Assembly: GCA_001782165.1 (NCBI GenBank)
Contig: MFNV01000002.1
Location: forward strand, 15,747 to 79,746
Origin: Candidatus Levybacteria bacterium RIFCSPHIGHO2_01_FULL_41_15
Lineage (GTDB): Bacteria > Patescibacteriota > Microgenomatia > Levybacterales > UBA12049
Reading direction: 5' to 3'
DNA length: 64,000 nucleotides
A program made the position numbers and the translations under genes. The notes beneath the pieces are model-generated. The model saw only the letters and a list, made by a program, of their open reading frames with translations. It searched no databases and was not told the origin of the DNA. Below, piece by piece: positions 32,669-42,430 of the stretch. The first letter of the stretch is position 1. Every line of letters begins with the position of its first letter.

Positions 32669-33517
32669 ATGGTTATAGCTCTTTTATTTTTTCTTTTTAT
32701 CATTGGAATATGCGTGGGGAGCTTTTTAAATGTCTTGATTGATAGAATTCCACAGGGGCAGTCCCCCCTTAAAGGAAGATCATATTGCGACCATTGCAGG
32801 AAGTCTCTTGCCTGGTATGACATGGTTCCCCTTTTCTCTTCCGTTTTTCTAAAAGGAAAATGCAGATACTGCAAGTTGTCTATCTCATCTTATTATCCTC
32901 TGGTAGAGTTAGTGACAGGTTTAATGTTTGTTTTGACATTTCTATATTTAAGCAATCAGCAACTAGCAACCAGCAATCAGTTTAACAATATAATAATAGA
33001 GCAATTTAACAATTTAGCAATAAATTACATTTATTATTTATTTATTCTTTCCTCCTTCATAGTAATTTTTTTTACGGATCTTAAATATGGGATTATCCCA
33101 GATAAGATTTTATACCCCGCCGTACTAATATTTACCATTTACCATTTACCATTTACCATTTATTCTCCAATCCTCAATCATCAACCATCAATTATAAATA
33201 ATATATTCTCTGGAATGGGTGCTTTTTTATTCTTCTTTCTTTTGTACTTTATAACCCACGGGAAAGGTATGGGCTTTGGGGATGTGAAACTTTCCTTTCT
33301 TCTGGGACTTTTCTTAGGATTTCCCAAAATTATTATAGCTTTGTATACAGCATTCTTGACAGGAGCAATTATAGGCTCCATACTGATTATATGGGGAAAA
33401 AAGAAGTTAAGAGGTACTACGATCCCTTTTGGTCCTTTTCTAATCCTCGGAGCCGCGTTAAGCCTTTTTTTCGGAGAATTCATAATTCGTCTGGTTTTAC
33501 CCTGGTTGAACTTTTAG
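32669..33517 (+). CDS. pilD: Prepilin peptidase, with repeat insertions
   Basis: GSFLNVLIDR, RSYCDHC, GKCRYC, GMGFGDVKL, IPFGPFL. Confidence 0.95.
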   Translation: MVIALLFFLFIIGICVGSFLNVLIDRIPQGQSPLKGRSYCDHCRKSLAWYDMVPLFSSVFLKGKCRYCKLSISSYYPLVELVTGLMFVLTFLYLSNQQLATSNQFNNIIIEQFNNLAINYIYYLFILSSFIVIFFTDLKYGIIPDKILYPAVLIFTIYHLPFTIYSPILNHQPSIINNIFSGMGAFLFFFLLYFITHGKGMGFGDVKLSFLLGLFLGFPKIIIALYTAFLTGAIIGSILIIWGKKKLRGTTIPFGPFLILGAALSLFFGEFIIRLVLPWLNF

Positions 33518-33987
33518 TTGTTGTTGGAATTATTGGGATTATGGCGGTCGGGCTTTTTTCTGTTATTGATCCAGTTGGACAACTTCAAAAATCAAGAGAT
33601 GCAGAGAGGAAATCTGATCTCAAAGAACTTCAGAAGGCTCTGGAGCTTTACTATCAAGATTATGGTATCTATCCATCCCAAACAAGTTATAAAATCTTAA
33701 ATCTTAATTGGGGAAACCCCTGGGGTCCTTATCTGCCGACTTTACCCCAAGACCCATCCAGTACAAGAAAGTATATTTACTATACTCCTTCAGATGGGCA
33801 GTCATATTGGCTTTATGCTTCTTTGGAAAAAACAGATGATCCTCAGCTTTGTCCAAATTTAGATGTTACAAACAAAGAATGTCCAAGCATTGGGACCAAT
33901 ATAACAGGCTATACGGTTAAGTCTTGTGGGACAAGCAATGATAAACCTTGTAATTTCGGACTTTCAAGCCCAAATACCACACCATGA
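33391..33987 (+). CDS. Pilin/pseudopilin (GspG-like), overlapping pilD by 127 nt
   Basis: GFTLVELLVV, RDAERKSDL, LPQDP. Confidence 0.88.
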   Translation: MGKKEVKRYYDPFWSFSNPRSRVKPFFRRIHNSSGFTLVELLVVVGIIGIMAVGLFSVIDPVGQLQKSRDAERKSDLKELQKALELYYQDYGIYPSQTSYKILNLNWGNPWGPYLPTLPQDPSSTRKYIYYTPSDGQSYWLYASLEKTDDPQLCPNLDVTNKECPSIGTNITGYTVKSCGTSNDKPCNFGLSSPNTTP

Positions 33988-34523
33988 GAATAAATTTCAA
34001 ATTTCATCCATTCGGTAAACTCAGGGCAAGAATTTCGCGCCGCCGGCATAGCCTCTGGCGACGCACGGCAAATTTTAAATTATTACGGGGATTTACTCTT
34101 GTTGAGCTTCTTATTGTCATCGCTATAGTCGGGGTACTCTCCACCCTTGTAATTGCGAATTTTGCAGAAGTAAGAAAAAGAGCAAGGGATTCTCAGAGAA
34201 AATCAGATGTAAGACAAATTCAATCAGCAATTGAGCTAATAAGATCAGATACCGGAAGCTATCCCGGATCTCTCCCCTCCTGCGGATCTTCTCTTACAGC
34301 AGGATCCCCTGCCACAACTTATATGCAAAAAGTACCCTGTGATCCAAGCGGCGCAACCTACTGGAATGGAGGAATTTATTATTACCTTCCGAGCGGTTCC
34401 ACATATACCCTTGCCTCTTGTATGGAAAATGCTCAAGAATCAGGATCCGATATCCAAGAAACATCCCCTGGCGGCAGTGGAACTTGTTCATCCGGCAAAT
34501 GGTATGTTTTAACCAGTCCTTAA
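33984..34523 (+). CDS. Pilin/pseudopilin (GspG-like)
   Basis: GFTLVELLIV, RDSQRKSD, VPCDP. Confidence 0.9.
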   Translation: MRINFKFHPFGKLRARISRRRHSLWRRTANFKLLRGFTLVELLIVIAIVGVLSTLVIANFAEVRKRARDSQRKSDVRQIQSAIELIRSDTGSYPGSLPSCGSSLTAGSPATTYMQKVPCDPSGATYWNGGIYYYLPSGSTYTLASCMENAQESGSDIQETSPGGSGTCSSGKWYVLTSP

Positions 34524-34524
34524 T

Positions 34525-35028
34525 ATGCCCCTCTTTTACATCAAAATCATAAAATCCCTGTCGTCCAGAAACTTGGGATTTACCCTTATTGAACTTCTTA
34601 TTGTGATAGGTGCTTCAGCTGTAATATCTGTTGTAGGAGTTTCGGCCTTTGTAACATACAGCCAATCCCAAGCCTTAAACAGCGCTTCAAGCGATATTAT
34701 CAGCTTATTCAATCTCGCAAGATCAAGAGCCTACTCGCAAATAAAACCTTCTTCATGTTCGGGCAGCCTTGCCGGATACCGAATTTCCCTAGATACAACA
34801 AATGCCCAGTATAGCTTAGAGGCTGTTTGTAGCAGCTCAGCAACATTCGTTGTTCTCAATAAAAAGCTTCCTTCAAACATAATTTTTTTGGATTCTCCTG
34901 CAACCAATCCAACGACATATTCTTTCCCTGTTTTAACAGGAGGAGTTCATAGCGGAGGAACAATTAGGCTGAAGGGTTATGGAAAAGAAAAGACCCTTAC
35001 GGTTGATTCCCAGGGCAATGTAAAATGA
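34525..35028 (+). CDS. Minor pilin (FimT/GspH-like)
   Basis: GFTLIELLIV, LARSRA. Confidence 0.88.
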   Translation: MPLFYIKIIKSLSSRNLGFTLIELLIVIGASAVISVVGVSAFVTYSQSQALNSASSDIISLFNLARSRAYSQIKPSSCSGSLAGYRISLDTTNAQYSLEAVCSSSATFVVLNKKLPSNIIFLDSPATNPTTYSFPVLTGGVHSGGTIRLKGYGKEKTLTVDSQGNVK

Positions 35029-35519
35029 AAAAATTTCCTACAGCAGGATATCTTAGCGGGCAAACCTTACTTGAGGTTTTGGTTGCACTTGGAGTCGCGA
35101 CTATAGTGATATCTGCAATAGTTGTAATAGTAATCTCATCCTTGAAGGGTGGACAGTTTTCAACCAGTCAAAATCAGGCGAACCAATATGCACAGGAAGG
35201 GCTTGAGATTGTGAAAAACAAGGCTCAATCAGATTGGACTACTTTTCGATCCTATCTTCCTTACTCTTGTCTTGGACAAGACCAAACTATCTCACCTCCT
35301 CTGGGCACATCATGCGGTTCCAACTTAGGGACATTCTCAAGAGAAATATTATTCAGTCACTATGTTGCAAATGATGGAAATACTGATTGTCTGCCTACCA
35401 CTGTGGACAGGACAAAAGTTACGGCGACTGTTTACTGGTCTGACAGCAAATGTCCTGCCGGGACACCTTTTTGCCATAAAGTACAATTAATATCGTGTCT
35501 ATTTAAATCAGGATCATAA
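35025..35519 (+). CDS. Minor pilin (PilV-like)
   Basis: GQTLLEVLVAL, YAQEGLE. Confidence 0.85.
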   Translation: MKKFPTAGYLSGQTLLEVLVALGVATIVISAIVVIVISSLKGGQFSTSQNQANQYAQEGLEIVKNKAQSDWTTFRSYLPYSCLGQDQTISPPLGTSCGSNLGTFSREILFSHYVANDGNTDCLPTTVDRTKVTATVYWSDSKCPAGTPFCHKVQLISCLFKSGS

Positions 35520-35522
35520 AGT

Positions 35523-36947
35523 ATGAAGAAAATAACAGAAAAGAAAATTGGAGTGGGTTCATCTCGCATCACTTCCCACGAATTGCTTCAAAATTTAATA
35601 TTAGGAAGCCGGAGGCATTTGGCAAGTCGTGATGGGGAAAACGAACGATTTTCTGGAAGTGGTGCGGGGTTTACACTTTTGGAGCTATTGGTAGTAATAA
35701 TAGTTATCTTTGTTGTGGGAGCTGTAATTATGGGAACTATTGTTTCGTCTTTGCGCATAGCCGACAAGGCTAAATCTATGGATGTTGTACGCACAAACGG
35801 AAATTACGCTATATCCCAGATGTCCAGAATGATAAAATACGCCGAAGAGTTCAATGGAGTAAGCACAGATGGCGTTGTTTATACCGCAAATTGCAGTTCC
35901 CCAATTGTCATTTCCACACCTGCGGTGGTTTCTGTTCCCTCGCCTCGTTTGGGATTTTTTTCAAGAATTGCAAATTTAATTCAAGGATTTGGCGATCTGG
36001 GCAAGAAAGAAATTTCCTCCGTATTTTCAAAACTTGCAAGCCTAATCCCAATGCTTGATAGCCCAAAAACATTTGTTACGCGTCAAGTTGCCCCCGCAAC
36101 GTCTGCTACTTTAAGACCAACTGGCCCTTGGGCTGAAAGTAGATGGACTAGGACTGGCTGTACAGCTAATTGGCAATGTGTTGATGAGGAAACCTTAAAT
36201 ACTTCAGATTATGTCCAAGCCCCATCATCTGGCAGTACTATTGACTGGTACGCAACCAGTTTCACCCCTCCTGCTGGTTCGACCATTACTGCAATTCGCG
36301 TCTTTGCCCAAGCCCGCAAGACTGATGCTGATACTACCTATTTGCTTCTTGGATATCGCAAATCTGACGGCAGTTTCACCTTTAAAGACCCAGGCGTAGC
36401 ATTAACTACAAGTTGGGCATCAACAGTTCCTTATGCCAGTTGGACAACTAGTTTGCCAGCTGTCAGTAGATTTCCCATCCAAATTGGCATTCAAGCTGGA
36501 GAAGTTTCAACAGTTAGAGTAGCTCAAGTTTGGGCTGAAGTTGACTATATTGCTCCATCACCTACCCCCACCCCAACTCCTACGCCTACACCCACACCCA
36601 CCCCTACACCTACCCCCACCCCAACTCCCACATCAGGGCCTACTCCAACCCCTATCTCATACAATTTCGTAAAAGTAACCGGATTTGACGGTGGAACTAC
36701 GGTTTTTTCCTGTCTTTCGGGGGATCCAGGAGAAATCGCTTCAGAAAGCGGAGAGCTTAAGCAGTCACTTATAGATACAAATTCTGTAAGGGTGGATAAT
36801 TGCTCTATCTATTGTACCCAAGAGGGCTTATCATCCCCCCCTCTTATAAATATATCTTTTACGCTTTCCAAAAAAACAACAAGCCAGTTTTTTGAGCAAA
36901 AAACTGCTATCCCCTTTCAGACATCAGTCGGCATAAGAAACTACTAA
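35523..36947 (+). CDS. Large minor pilin (PilW-like) with inserted domain and Pro-Thr linker
   Basis: GFTLLELLVV; (PT)n tract at ~36555-36653. Confidence 0.85.
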   Translation: MKKITEKKIGVGSSRITSHELLQNLILGSRRHLASRDGENERFSGSGAGFTLLELLVVIIVIFVVGAVIMGTIVSSLRIADKAKSMDVVRTNGNYAISQMSRMIKYAEEFNGVSTDGVVYTANCSSPIVISTPAVVSVPSPRLGFFSRIANLIQGFGDLGKKEISSVFSKLASLIPMLDSPKTFVTRQVAPATSATLRPTGPWAESRWTRTGCTANWQCVDEETLNTSDYVQAPSSGSTIDWYATSFTPPAGSTITAIRVFAQARKTDADTTYLLLGYRKSDGSFTFKDPGVALTTSWASTVPYASWTTSLPAVSRFPIQIGIQAGEVSTVRVAQVWAEVDYIAPSPTPTPTPTPTPTPTPTPTPTPTPTSGPTPTPISYNFVKVTGFDGGTTVFSCLSGDPGEIASESGELKQSLIDTNSVRVDNCSIYCTQEGLSSPPLINISFTLSKKTTSQFFEQKTAIPFQTSVGIRNY

Positions 36948-37107
36948 TTCGCACCACTTCCAAGAAAATCGTTTGTTTTCCCATCACAGTTTACAAAGCG
37001 TCTTCCTTTTTCTGATATCAAAGATTGAGGCGATTCATTGGAAATGGTGTGGGAATCCAGATTGAATCGGGGTTGACACTCTTGCCCTTGATTGATACTC
37101 TTAAGAC

Positions 37108-37926
37108 ATGTCTTATAAAAAAAAAGAAAAGGAGCGCGGGCAAACCCTTCTCATAGTCGTTTTGATAATGGTTGTTTCTACGACAATAGGCTTATCTCTT
37201 GTTTCAAAAAGTATAGTAAGTCTTAGAACTTCAACAGAAGAAGCAGAATCAGCCAAGGCTCTGACTGCGGCAGAGGCAGGGGTACAGCAAGCGCTTCAGC
37301 AAGGAACCTCAATTCCTTCGGGGAGTTTTGCAAATAACACAAGCTTTAACGCCACTGTTTCCCAAGAAAGCGGGATAAGCCTTATTCTAAACGGAGGAAA
37401 CCCAGCTTTAAAGGATGAGGGAATAAACGTTTGGCTCGTGTCGCATTCAAGCCCCACCAGCCCCAATTGGTCTGAGACATGGGAAGGAGACCTAACTTTT
37501 TATTGGGGAGAGACCAGCGATCCCTGCAATGAGGCTGATTTGGAGATCTACGCATTAGGCGGTGATCCTCCCTTTAATTTTTCCAATATGAAGGCTTCAA
37601 GAAACGCAGTCCATGGTGGTTGCTCTTCCAGAGAGAATAATTTTCTTACCGGCGTTGCCTCAGCAAAAAATATTGGAGGAAAAACCTTCCATTTCTCCTA
37701 TCCTGTTAATATTAAAGACGGGCTTATCGTTCGGGTAGTCCCCCTTTATAAAGATGCAGTTATAGCAGTTGAGGGAAGCCCATCTCTTCCGTCCCAGGGA
37801 ATTTTGGTATCTTCGGAAGGACAAGTGACAGGCTCAGATATAAAAAGAAAAATTAACATCTTTCAGCCCTATCCCTCTCTGCCTAATGAATTTTTCCTTT
37901 ATGGTCTTCTAGTTCCCAAAAACTAA
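37108..37926 (+). CDS. PilX-like minor pilin
   Basis: RGQTLLIVVL lacking Glu5, AAEAG. Confidence 0.82.
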   Translation: MSYKKKEKERGQTLLIVVLIMVVSTTIGLSLVSKSIVSLRTSTEEAESAKALTAAEAGVQQALQQGTSIPSGSFANNTSFNATVSQESGISLILNGGNPALKDEGINVWLVSHSSPTSPNWSETWEGDLTFYWGETSDPCNEADLEIYALGGDPPFNFSNMKASRNAVHGGCSSRENNFLTGVASAKNIGGKTFHFSYPVNIKDGLIVRVVPLYKDAVIAVEGSPSLPSQGILVSSEGQVTGSDIKRKINIFQPYPSLPNEFFLYGLLVPKN

Positions 37927-38966
37927 TGGAAAAAAAATCTTTCGGTCTTGACATAGGTCTTAGGACAATAAAAGCAGTCTGGCTTTCTAAAACAAAAGAT
38001 GGTTTTACTCTTGAGGCTTCTATTACTTCACCTTCATCCCTAAAGGGCATGACTTCTGAATCTCCGCTTGATGAAGAGGAAATGGCAGGAGTAATAAAAA
38101 AAACCGTTGAGGATGCAAAAATAACAACCAAATTTGTGAATGTAGCGCTTCCTGAGAGTCAGGTTTATACAAAGGTTGTAGACATGCCGGTCTTATCCGA
38201 TAAGGAGCTCTCCTCTGCCATTTATTGGGAGGCAGAACAACATATACCAGTTCCCTTATCTTCAATAACACTTGCCTGGAGTGTTCTCAAAAGACCCCCA
38301 AGGACAACTAGTTCTGAGAAGATGCAGGTTCTTATGGTCGGAGCCCCCGTAAGCCTTATCAATAAATACCAAAAAGTCTTATCAATGGCAGGATTTAGGA
38401 TAAATGTTCTTGAAACAGAAATATTGTCTATGGTAAGAGCGCTTATTACAGGAGAAGACTTTCCATCCTCAATAATTATAGATTTAGGCTCAGTAAGCAC
38501 AACTATAACTCTAATAAGGGAGGGAATTGTAGTTTTTACCTACCCTGTGCCCACAGGAGGAATGGCAATTAACAGAGCAATAGAGACAGACTTTGAGTTT
38601 ACTCCTGATCAAGCAGAAGAGTATAAAAGAACTTACGGAATATCGAAAGAGGCTTTTGGAGGGAAAATTGGCAAGGCAACCGAGCCTATTTTAAATTCGA
38701 TACTGGGTGAAGTCAGAAAGGCTTTGGTTTTTTACAAAGAGAAATATAAAGACGACAAGCCCATAAGACAGATAATCTTAACAGGAGGAACGGCTAAGCT
38801 TCCCGATATTGATCTTTATTTTGCCCAAAATTCTAATATAGAAACAGTTATCGCAAATCCGTTTAAAATTTTAACTAATGTAAAAGATTTTCCCAAAGAA
38901 ATTGTAGAAAATGCGTCTGATTATACTATCGCAGTGGGTCTTGCCTTAAAAGATTATGAAGAGTGA
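37926..38966 (+). CDS. pilM: Type IV pilus assembly protein PilM
   Basis: FGLDIG, EAEQHIP, LTGGTAKL, AVGLALK. Confidence 0.95.
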   Translation: MEKKSFGLDIGLRTIKAVWLSKTKDGFTLEASITSPSSLKGMTSESPLDEEEMAGVIKKTVEDAKITTKFVNVALPESQVYTKVVDMPVLSDKELSSAIYWEAEQHIPVPLSSITLAWSVLKRPPRTTSSEKMQVLMVGAPVSLINKYQKVLSMAGFRINVLETEILSMVRALITGEDFPSSIIIDLGSVSTTITLIREGIVVFTYPVPTGGMAINRAIETDFEFTPDQAEEYKRTYGISKEAFGGKIGKATEPILNSILGEVRKALVFYKEKYKDDKPIRQIILTGGTAKLPDIDLYFAQNSNIETVIANPFKILTNVKDFPKEIVENASDYTIAVGLALKDYEE

Positions 38967-39492
38967 CATCAATCTTCTTGCCGTTTCTCAAATCGAAACC
39001 GTAAAAGAAGACTCATTTTTGAAATTTCTTCGGATTTTGTCTATTGGTTTTTTACTCTTGGTTCTTTTTCTTTCAATTTTGGTATTTATTCTAACGAGCA
39101 GAATTTCTCCTTCTTCCATAGTGAAGGAACAAACTTCCATAATCGGAAGAATCAAACTTCTCAGAAACCGGGAAACCAAAATCCTGGCTCTAAACGACAG
39201 AATAGGGGCAGTTGGGGAAATTTTAAAAGGGAGATCTAATTACGAAAAAACAATAGAAGTTTTCTTATCAAATGTGCCTTCGGGAGTTTCGATTGGTTCG
39301 TTTGAGATAGGGAAAACTGAGATTGCGCTTACAGCAAGATCCGATTCTCTTTTAGATCTTAATGCTTTCGTTAAAAACATAACGGATTTAGTTAAAAACG
39401 GAAAAGAGATTAAAAGCATGACAATTGACAATATTGCTTTTGATTCTAGATCAGGTACTTATTCGTTGGCAATTAAGGCAGATAGATTATGA
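38956..39492 (+). CDS. PilN-like protein
   Basis: INLL N-terminal motif plus TM, directly after pilM. Confidence 0.75.
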   Translation: MKSDINLLAVSQIETVKEDSFLKFLRILSIGFLLLVLFLSILVFILTSRISPSSIVKEQTSIIGRIKLLRNRETKILALNDRIGAVGEILKGRSNYEKTIEVFLSNVPSGVSIGSFEIGKTEIALTARSDSLLDLNAFVKNITDLVKNGKEIKSMTIDNIAFDSRSGTYSLAIKADRL

Positions 39493-40202
39493 GAGAAAAA
39501 GTCAATATTGATATTGAAACAATAAGAATAATATATTCAAAATACAGAAGTCATCTAGTGTACATTACTGTTTTAATCGTTTGTCTTATTCTGTCTTTGG
39601 GCTTTATTCTGCCAAGAGTTTTGGATTTGGGGAGTATTAATAAAAAAAGACAGGAGGAAACCCAAAAACTTAGAACTCTAAAGGGTAATATGGAAACTTT
39701 GTTATCCCAAGATGACTCCTCTTTAGACAATGATCTTCAGGCTCTATTATCCGCTTTGCCGGAGACAAAAGATTACGATGGAATACTAAGCGCAATTTCT
39801 GATGCTGCGGGAAAATCTGGGGTGTCCCTGAGTGATTACCAGTTGCAGATTGGAAAAATATCTGAAATAACCGAAAGGACACAAGGATACCCGTCTTTAA
39901 GATTGATTTTAAATTTAAAAACAAATCTTTCAGGCACTCAGAAATTTTTGCGGGAATTGTCAAAAACTCTTCCCTTGTCTAATGTTTCCGATGTTGTCCA
40001 TGAAGGTAATTCGGCTTCAGTAACAACCCTTTTTTATTATAAGCCTTTTTCTCCTTTTCAGCCTAAGGAAGACGAGAAGCTAGTTAATTTATCGAAGAAG
40101 GAACAAAACTTAGTCTCTAAAATATCTGAATGGAACAGACCTATAGTCGCTTTATTAGAAGTTTCTTCTCCGTCCTCTCCCTCTGCTAGCTCGCCTTTTT
40201 AG
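39489..40202 (+). CDS. PilO-like protein
   Basis: TM, coiled coil, ALP...A..SGV pattern and gene position. Confidence 0.72.
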   Translation: MREKVNIDIETIRIIYSKYRSHLVYITVLIVCLILSLGFILPRVLDLGSINKKRQEETQKLRTLKGNMETLLSQDDSSLDNDLQALLSALPETKDYDGILSAISDAAGKSGVSLSDYQLQIGKISEITERTQGYPSLRLILNLKTNLSGTQKFLRELSKTLPLSNVSDVVHEGNSASVTTLFYYKPFSPFQPKEDEKLVNLSKKEQNLVSKISEWNRPIVALLEVSSPSSPSASSPF

Positions 40203-40890
40203 ATTTCAAAAGATCGGGTCTTTTAAGTATCGTTATTCTCCTTGCATTTCTTTCTTTCCATTTTCTAATTTTTTCGTGATTGCCTGAAAGAAGTACTTGA
40301 GGAACTTTAAGCTTTTTGTATTCCGCAGGCCTCGTATACTGAAAATATTCAAGAAGCCCTCCTTGTTCTTTTCTTGAGAATGATTCCTCGTCTGTAACAT
40401 TATCATGAAGGACCCCCTTTATGAGCCTTACGACGCTGTCAACGACTGCAATTGCCGGTATCTCCCCACCTGTCAGAATAAAATCGCCTAAAGAGATTTC
40501 TTCATCAATAAATTCTTTGATTCTTGCATCAAACCCTTCATAATGTCCGCAGACAAGGATAAGATGTTCCAAACTTGATAACCTATATGCTGTTTTTTGA
40601 TGGTATTTTTTTCCGGCTGGATCAAAAAGTATTACCTTTTCCCTCCCTTTTTCTTTAAAACTTTTTTTTGTATTCTCAATCGCCTTCTCAAGGACGTCTA
40701 CCCTGAGAATCATCCCTTTACCTCCCCCATATGGTTTATCATCAACAGTTTTATGCCTTCCAATCCCAAAATCTCTTATATTAATATAATTTATCTTAAC
40801 GAGTCCCTTATTCACAGCGTTTTTGATTATAGAATGGTCAAAAGGACCTTCAAACATCTCGGGGAAAAGCGTGAGTATCGAGATAGTCAT
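40186..40890 (-). CDS. trmD: tRNA (guanine-N1)-methyltransferase
   Basis: VDDKPYGGG, CGHYEGFD, SLGDFILTGGE. Confidence 0.97.
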   Translation of the reverse strand: MTISILTLFPEMFEGPFDHSIIKNAVNKGLVKINYINIRDFGIGRHKTVDDKPYGGGKGMILRVDVLEKAIENTKKSFKEKGREKVILFDPAGKKYHQKTAYRLSSLEHLILVCGHYEGFDARIKEFIDEEISLGDFILTGGEIPAIAVVDSVVRLIKGVLHDNVTDEESFSRKEQGGLLEYFQYTRPAEYKKLKVPQVLLSGNHEKIRKWKERNARRITILKRPDLLKSKKAS

Positions 40891-40896
40891 AAAGGT

Positions 40897-41133
40897 TTAG
40901 TTTTGCTCTTCAAGAAGAATGTTAATTTTTTTGTTTTGTTTTATTGCTGGAATTTTCATGACGTTTCTTATTGCTCTTATTATCTTGCCGTTTTTTCCGA
41001 TAATTCTTCCCATGTCGTTTTTATCAACAAAAATTTTAAAAGTAATAATTTCTCCGTCCGACTCTTCCTCTATCTTTACTTTATCTCTTTTTTCTGCTAG
41101 TGAGGATACTATATGGGATAGGGCATTTTTCAT
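40897..41133 (-). CDS. khpA: KH-domain protein
   Basis: DMGRIIGKNGKIIRAIR, between rpsP and trmD. Confidence 0.9.
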   Translation of the reverse strand: MKNALSHIVSSLAEKRDKVKIEEESDGEIITFKIFVDKNDMGRIIGKNGKIIRAIRNVMKIPAIKQNKKINILLEEQN

Positions 41134-41360
41134 TATTTTAAGAGATTTGCTACTTTTTCTGTTGGTTTTGCTCCGACAGAAATCCAGTACTTATACCTTT
41201 GCATATTTATATTTTTAACGACTCCCGTTTCCTTTTTTTGATAGTGGCCGAGTGCTTCAATAAACTTTCCGTCTCTTTTGCTTCTCTTTTCTTTTACAAC
41301 GATTCTGAATCTACTTTCTCCCTTTCTTCCCACTTTTGTTAACCTGATTACGACTGACAT
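41133..41360 (-). CDS. rpsP: 30S ribosomal protein S16
   Basis: VIRLTKVG, RDGKFIEALG, GAKPT. Confidence 0.96.
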   Translation of the reverse strand: MSVVIRLTKVGRKGESRFRIVVKEKRSKRDGKFIEALGHYQKKETGVVKNINMQRYKYWISVGAKPTEKVANLLK

Positions 41361-41395
41361 AGAATGCTATTTTAGCACTAATTTTTTTTATTCTC

Positions 41396-41416
41396 AACCC
41401 CGATTGAATCGGGGTT
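41396..41416. repeat. Palindrome AACCCCGATT-G-AATCGGGGTT
   Basis: Perfect 10 bp arms; related copies at 533-557, 11709-11730 and 37057-37076. Confidence 0.85.
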
Positions 41417-42080
41417 AACCCGATTCTCTTAATTTTAACAAAGCTTCCCTTGCGGAATTTTTTTCAGCTTCCTGCTTAGATTTACCCGTTCCTTTCCCCA
41501 GAAGAGATTTCTCAACATATACCCCTACGGTAAATACCTTCCGATGGGCCGGTCCCTCTTCTCCAAGAACCTTATATGAAGGAGAAATTTGTTTTTTTGC
41601 CTGAATCTTTTCCTGGAGAAGGCTTTTTGGGTCTTTTAAAACTTTCTGTGCCAAAAGCATCTCAGTTTTTGAAAGAAGGACGTCCTTGAGAAAATCAGAT
41701 ACTTTTGTTACGCCTTGATCAAGGAACAAGGCTCCCACAAATGCCTCGAAACAATTGGCAAGAAGACTTATGTTTTCCCTCCCTTTGGATTCCTCTTCCC
41801 CCTTGGATAACTTAAGAAGATCTCCAAAATTAAGTTCCTTTGCAACTTCTGCAAGAGTTCGTGTATTTACAAGCAAAGACCGAAGATTAGTCAATGTCCC
41901 CTCGTCAAATTTAGGATAATTTTCATGGAGATGTTGTGAGACCACAAACGAAAGAACGCTGTCACCAAGAAACTCCAGCCTTTCATTTGAGGATAATTTT
42001 TCTTTTGTTTCATTAAGATAGGACCTATGTATAAAAGCTTGTTCGAAAAATTTTCTATTTTTAAATTTTGGAAGCTTCAT
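41415..42080 (-). CDS. rnc: Ribonuclease III
   Basis: NERLEFLGDSVL, dsRBD DPKSLLQE. Confidence 0.97.
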   Translation of the reverse strand: MKLPKFKNRKFFEQAFIHRSYLNETKEKLSSNERLEFLGDSVLSFVVSQHLHENYPKFDEGTLTNLRSLLVNTRTLAEVAKELNFGDLLKLSKGEEESKGRENISLLANCFEAFVGALFLDQGVTKVSDFLKDVLLSKTEMLLAQKVLKDPKSLLQEKIQAKKQISPSYKVLGEEGPAHRKVFTVGVYVEKSLLGKGTGKSKQEAEKNSAREALLKLRESG

Positions 42081-42430
42081 TTTAAATCTTGAACAATGTT
42101 CCCAAGCGCACCATTAATAAAGGAAGGACTTGTTTCACCGCCGTATTCTTTGGCAAGTTCGATTGCCTCATCAATAATTACCTTCGGCGGTTGACCTCTT
42201 TTAATAAGAAGTTCATAAATAGCAAGCCTTAGGATTGCAAGATCAATTTTATTCACTTTTTCTATCGGAAACTCAGGAGCCGCCTTTTTGATATTTTCAT
42301 CAATTGTTTTAAGGTGAGGAATTATTTCTCTTACCTCGTGTCCTAGTGGCTGGTTATGAAAGCTTTTTCTAAAAAGATCTTCGATAATTTTTTGTCTTTT
42401 TTTGTGTCTCGGGTCAAGAGGATTTTTCAT
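42077..42430 (-). CDS. nusB: Transcription antitermination factor NusB
   Basis: IDLAILRLAIYE, EAIELAKEYG, FINGAL. Confidence 0.93.
   Translation of the reverse strand: MKNPLDPRHKKRQKIIEDLFRKSFHNQPLGHEVREIIPHLKTIDENIKKAAPEFPIEKVNKIDLAILRLAIYELLIKRGQPPKVIIDEAIELAKEYGGETSPSFINGALGNIVQDLK

Noticed and set aside
36555-36653. C-rich tandem repeat as a DNA element
   Set aside because: It is explained by the Pro-Thr linker, with varied synonymous codons.
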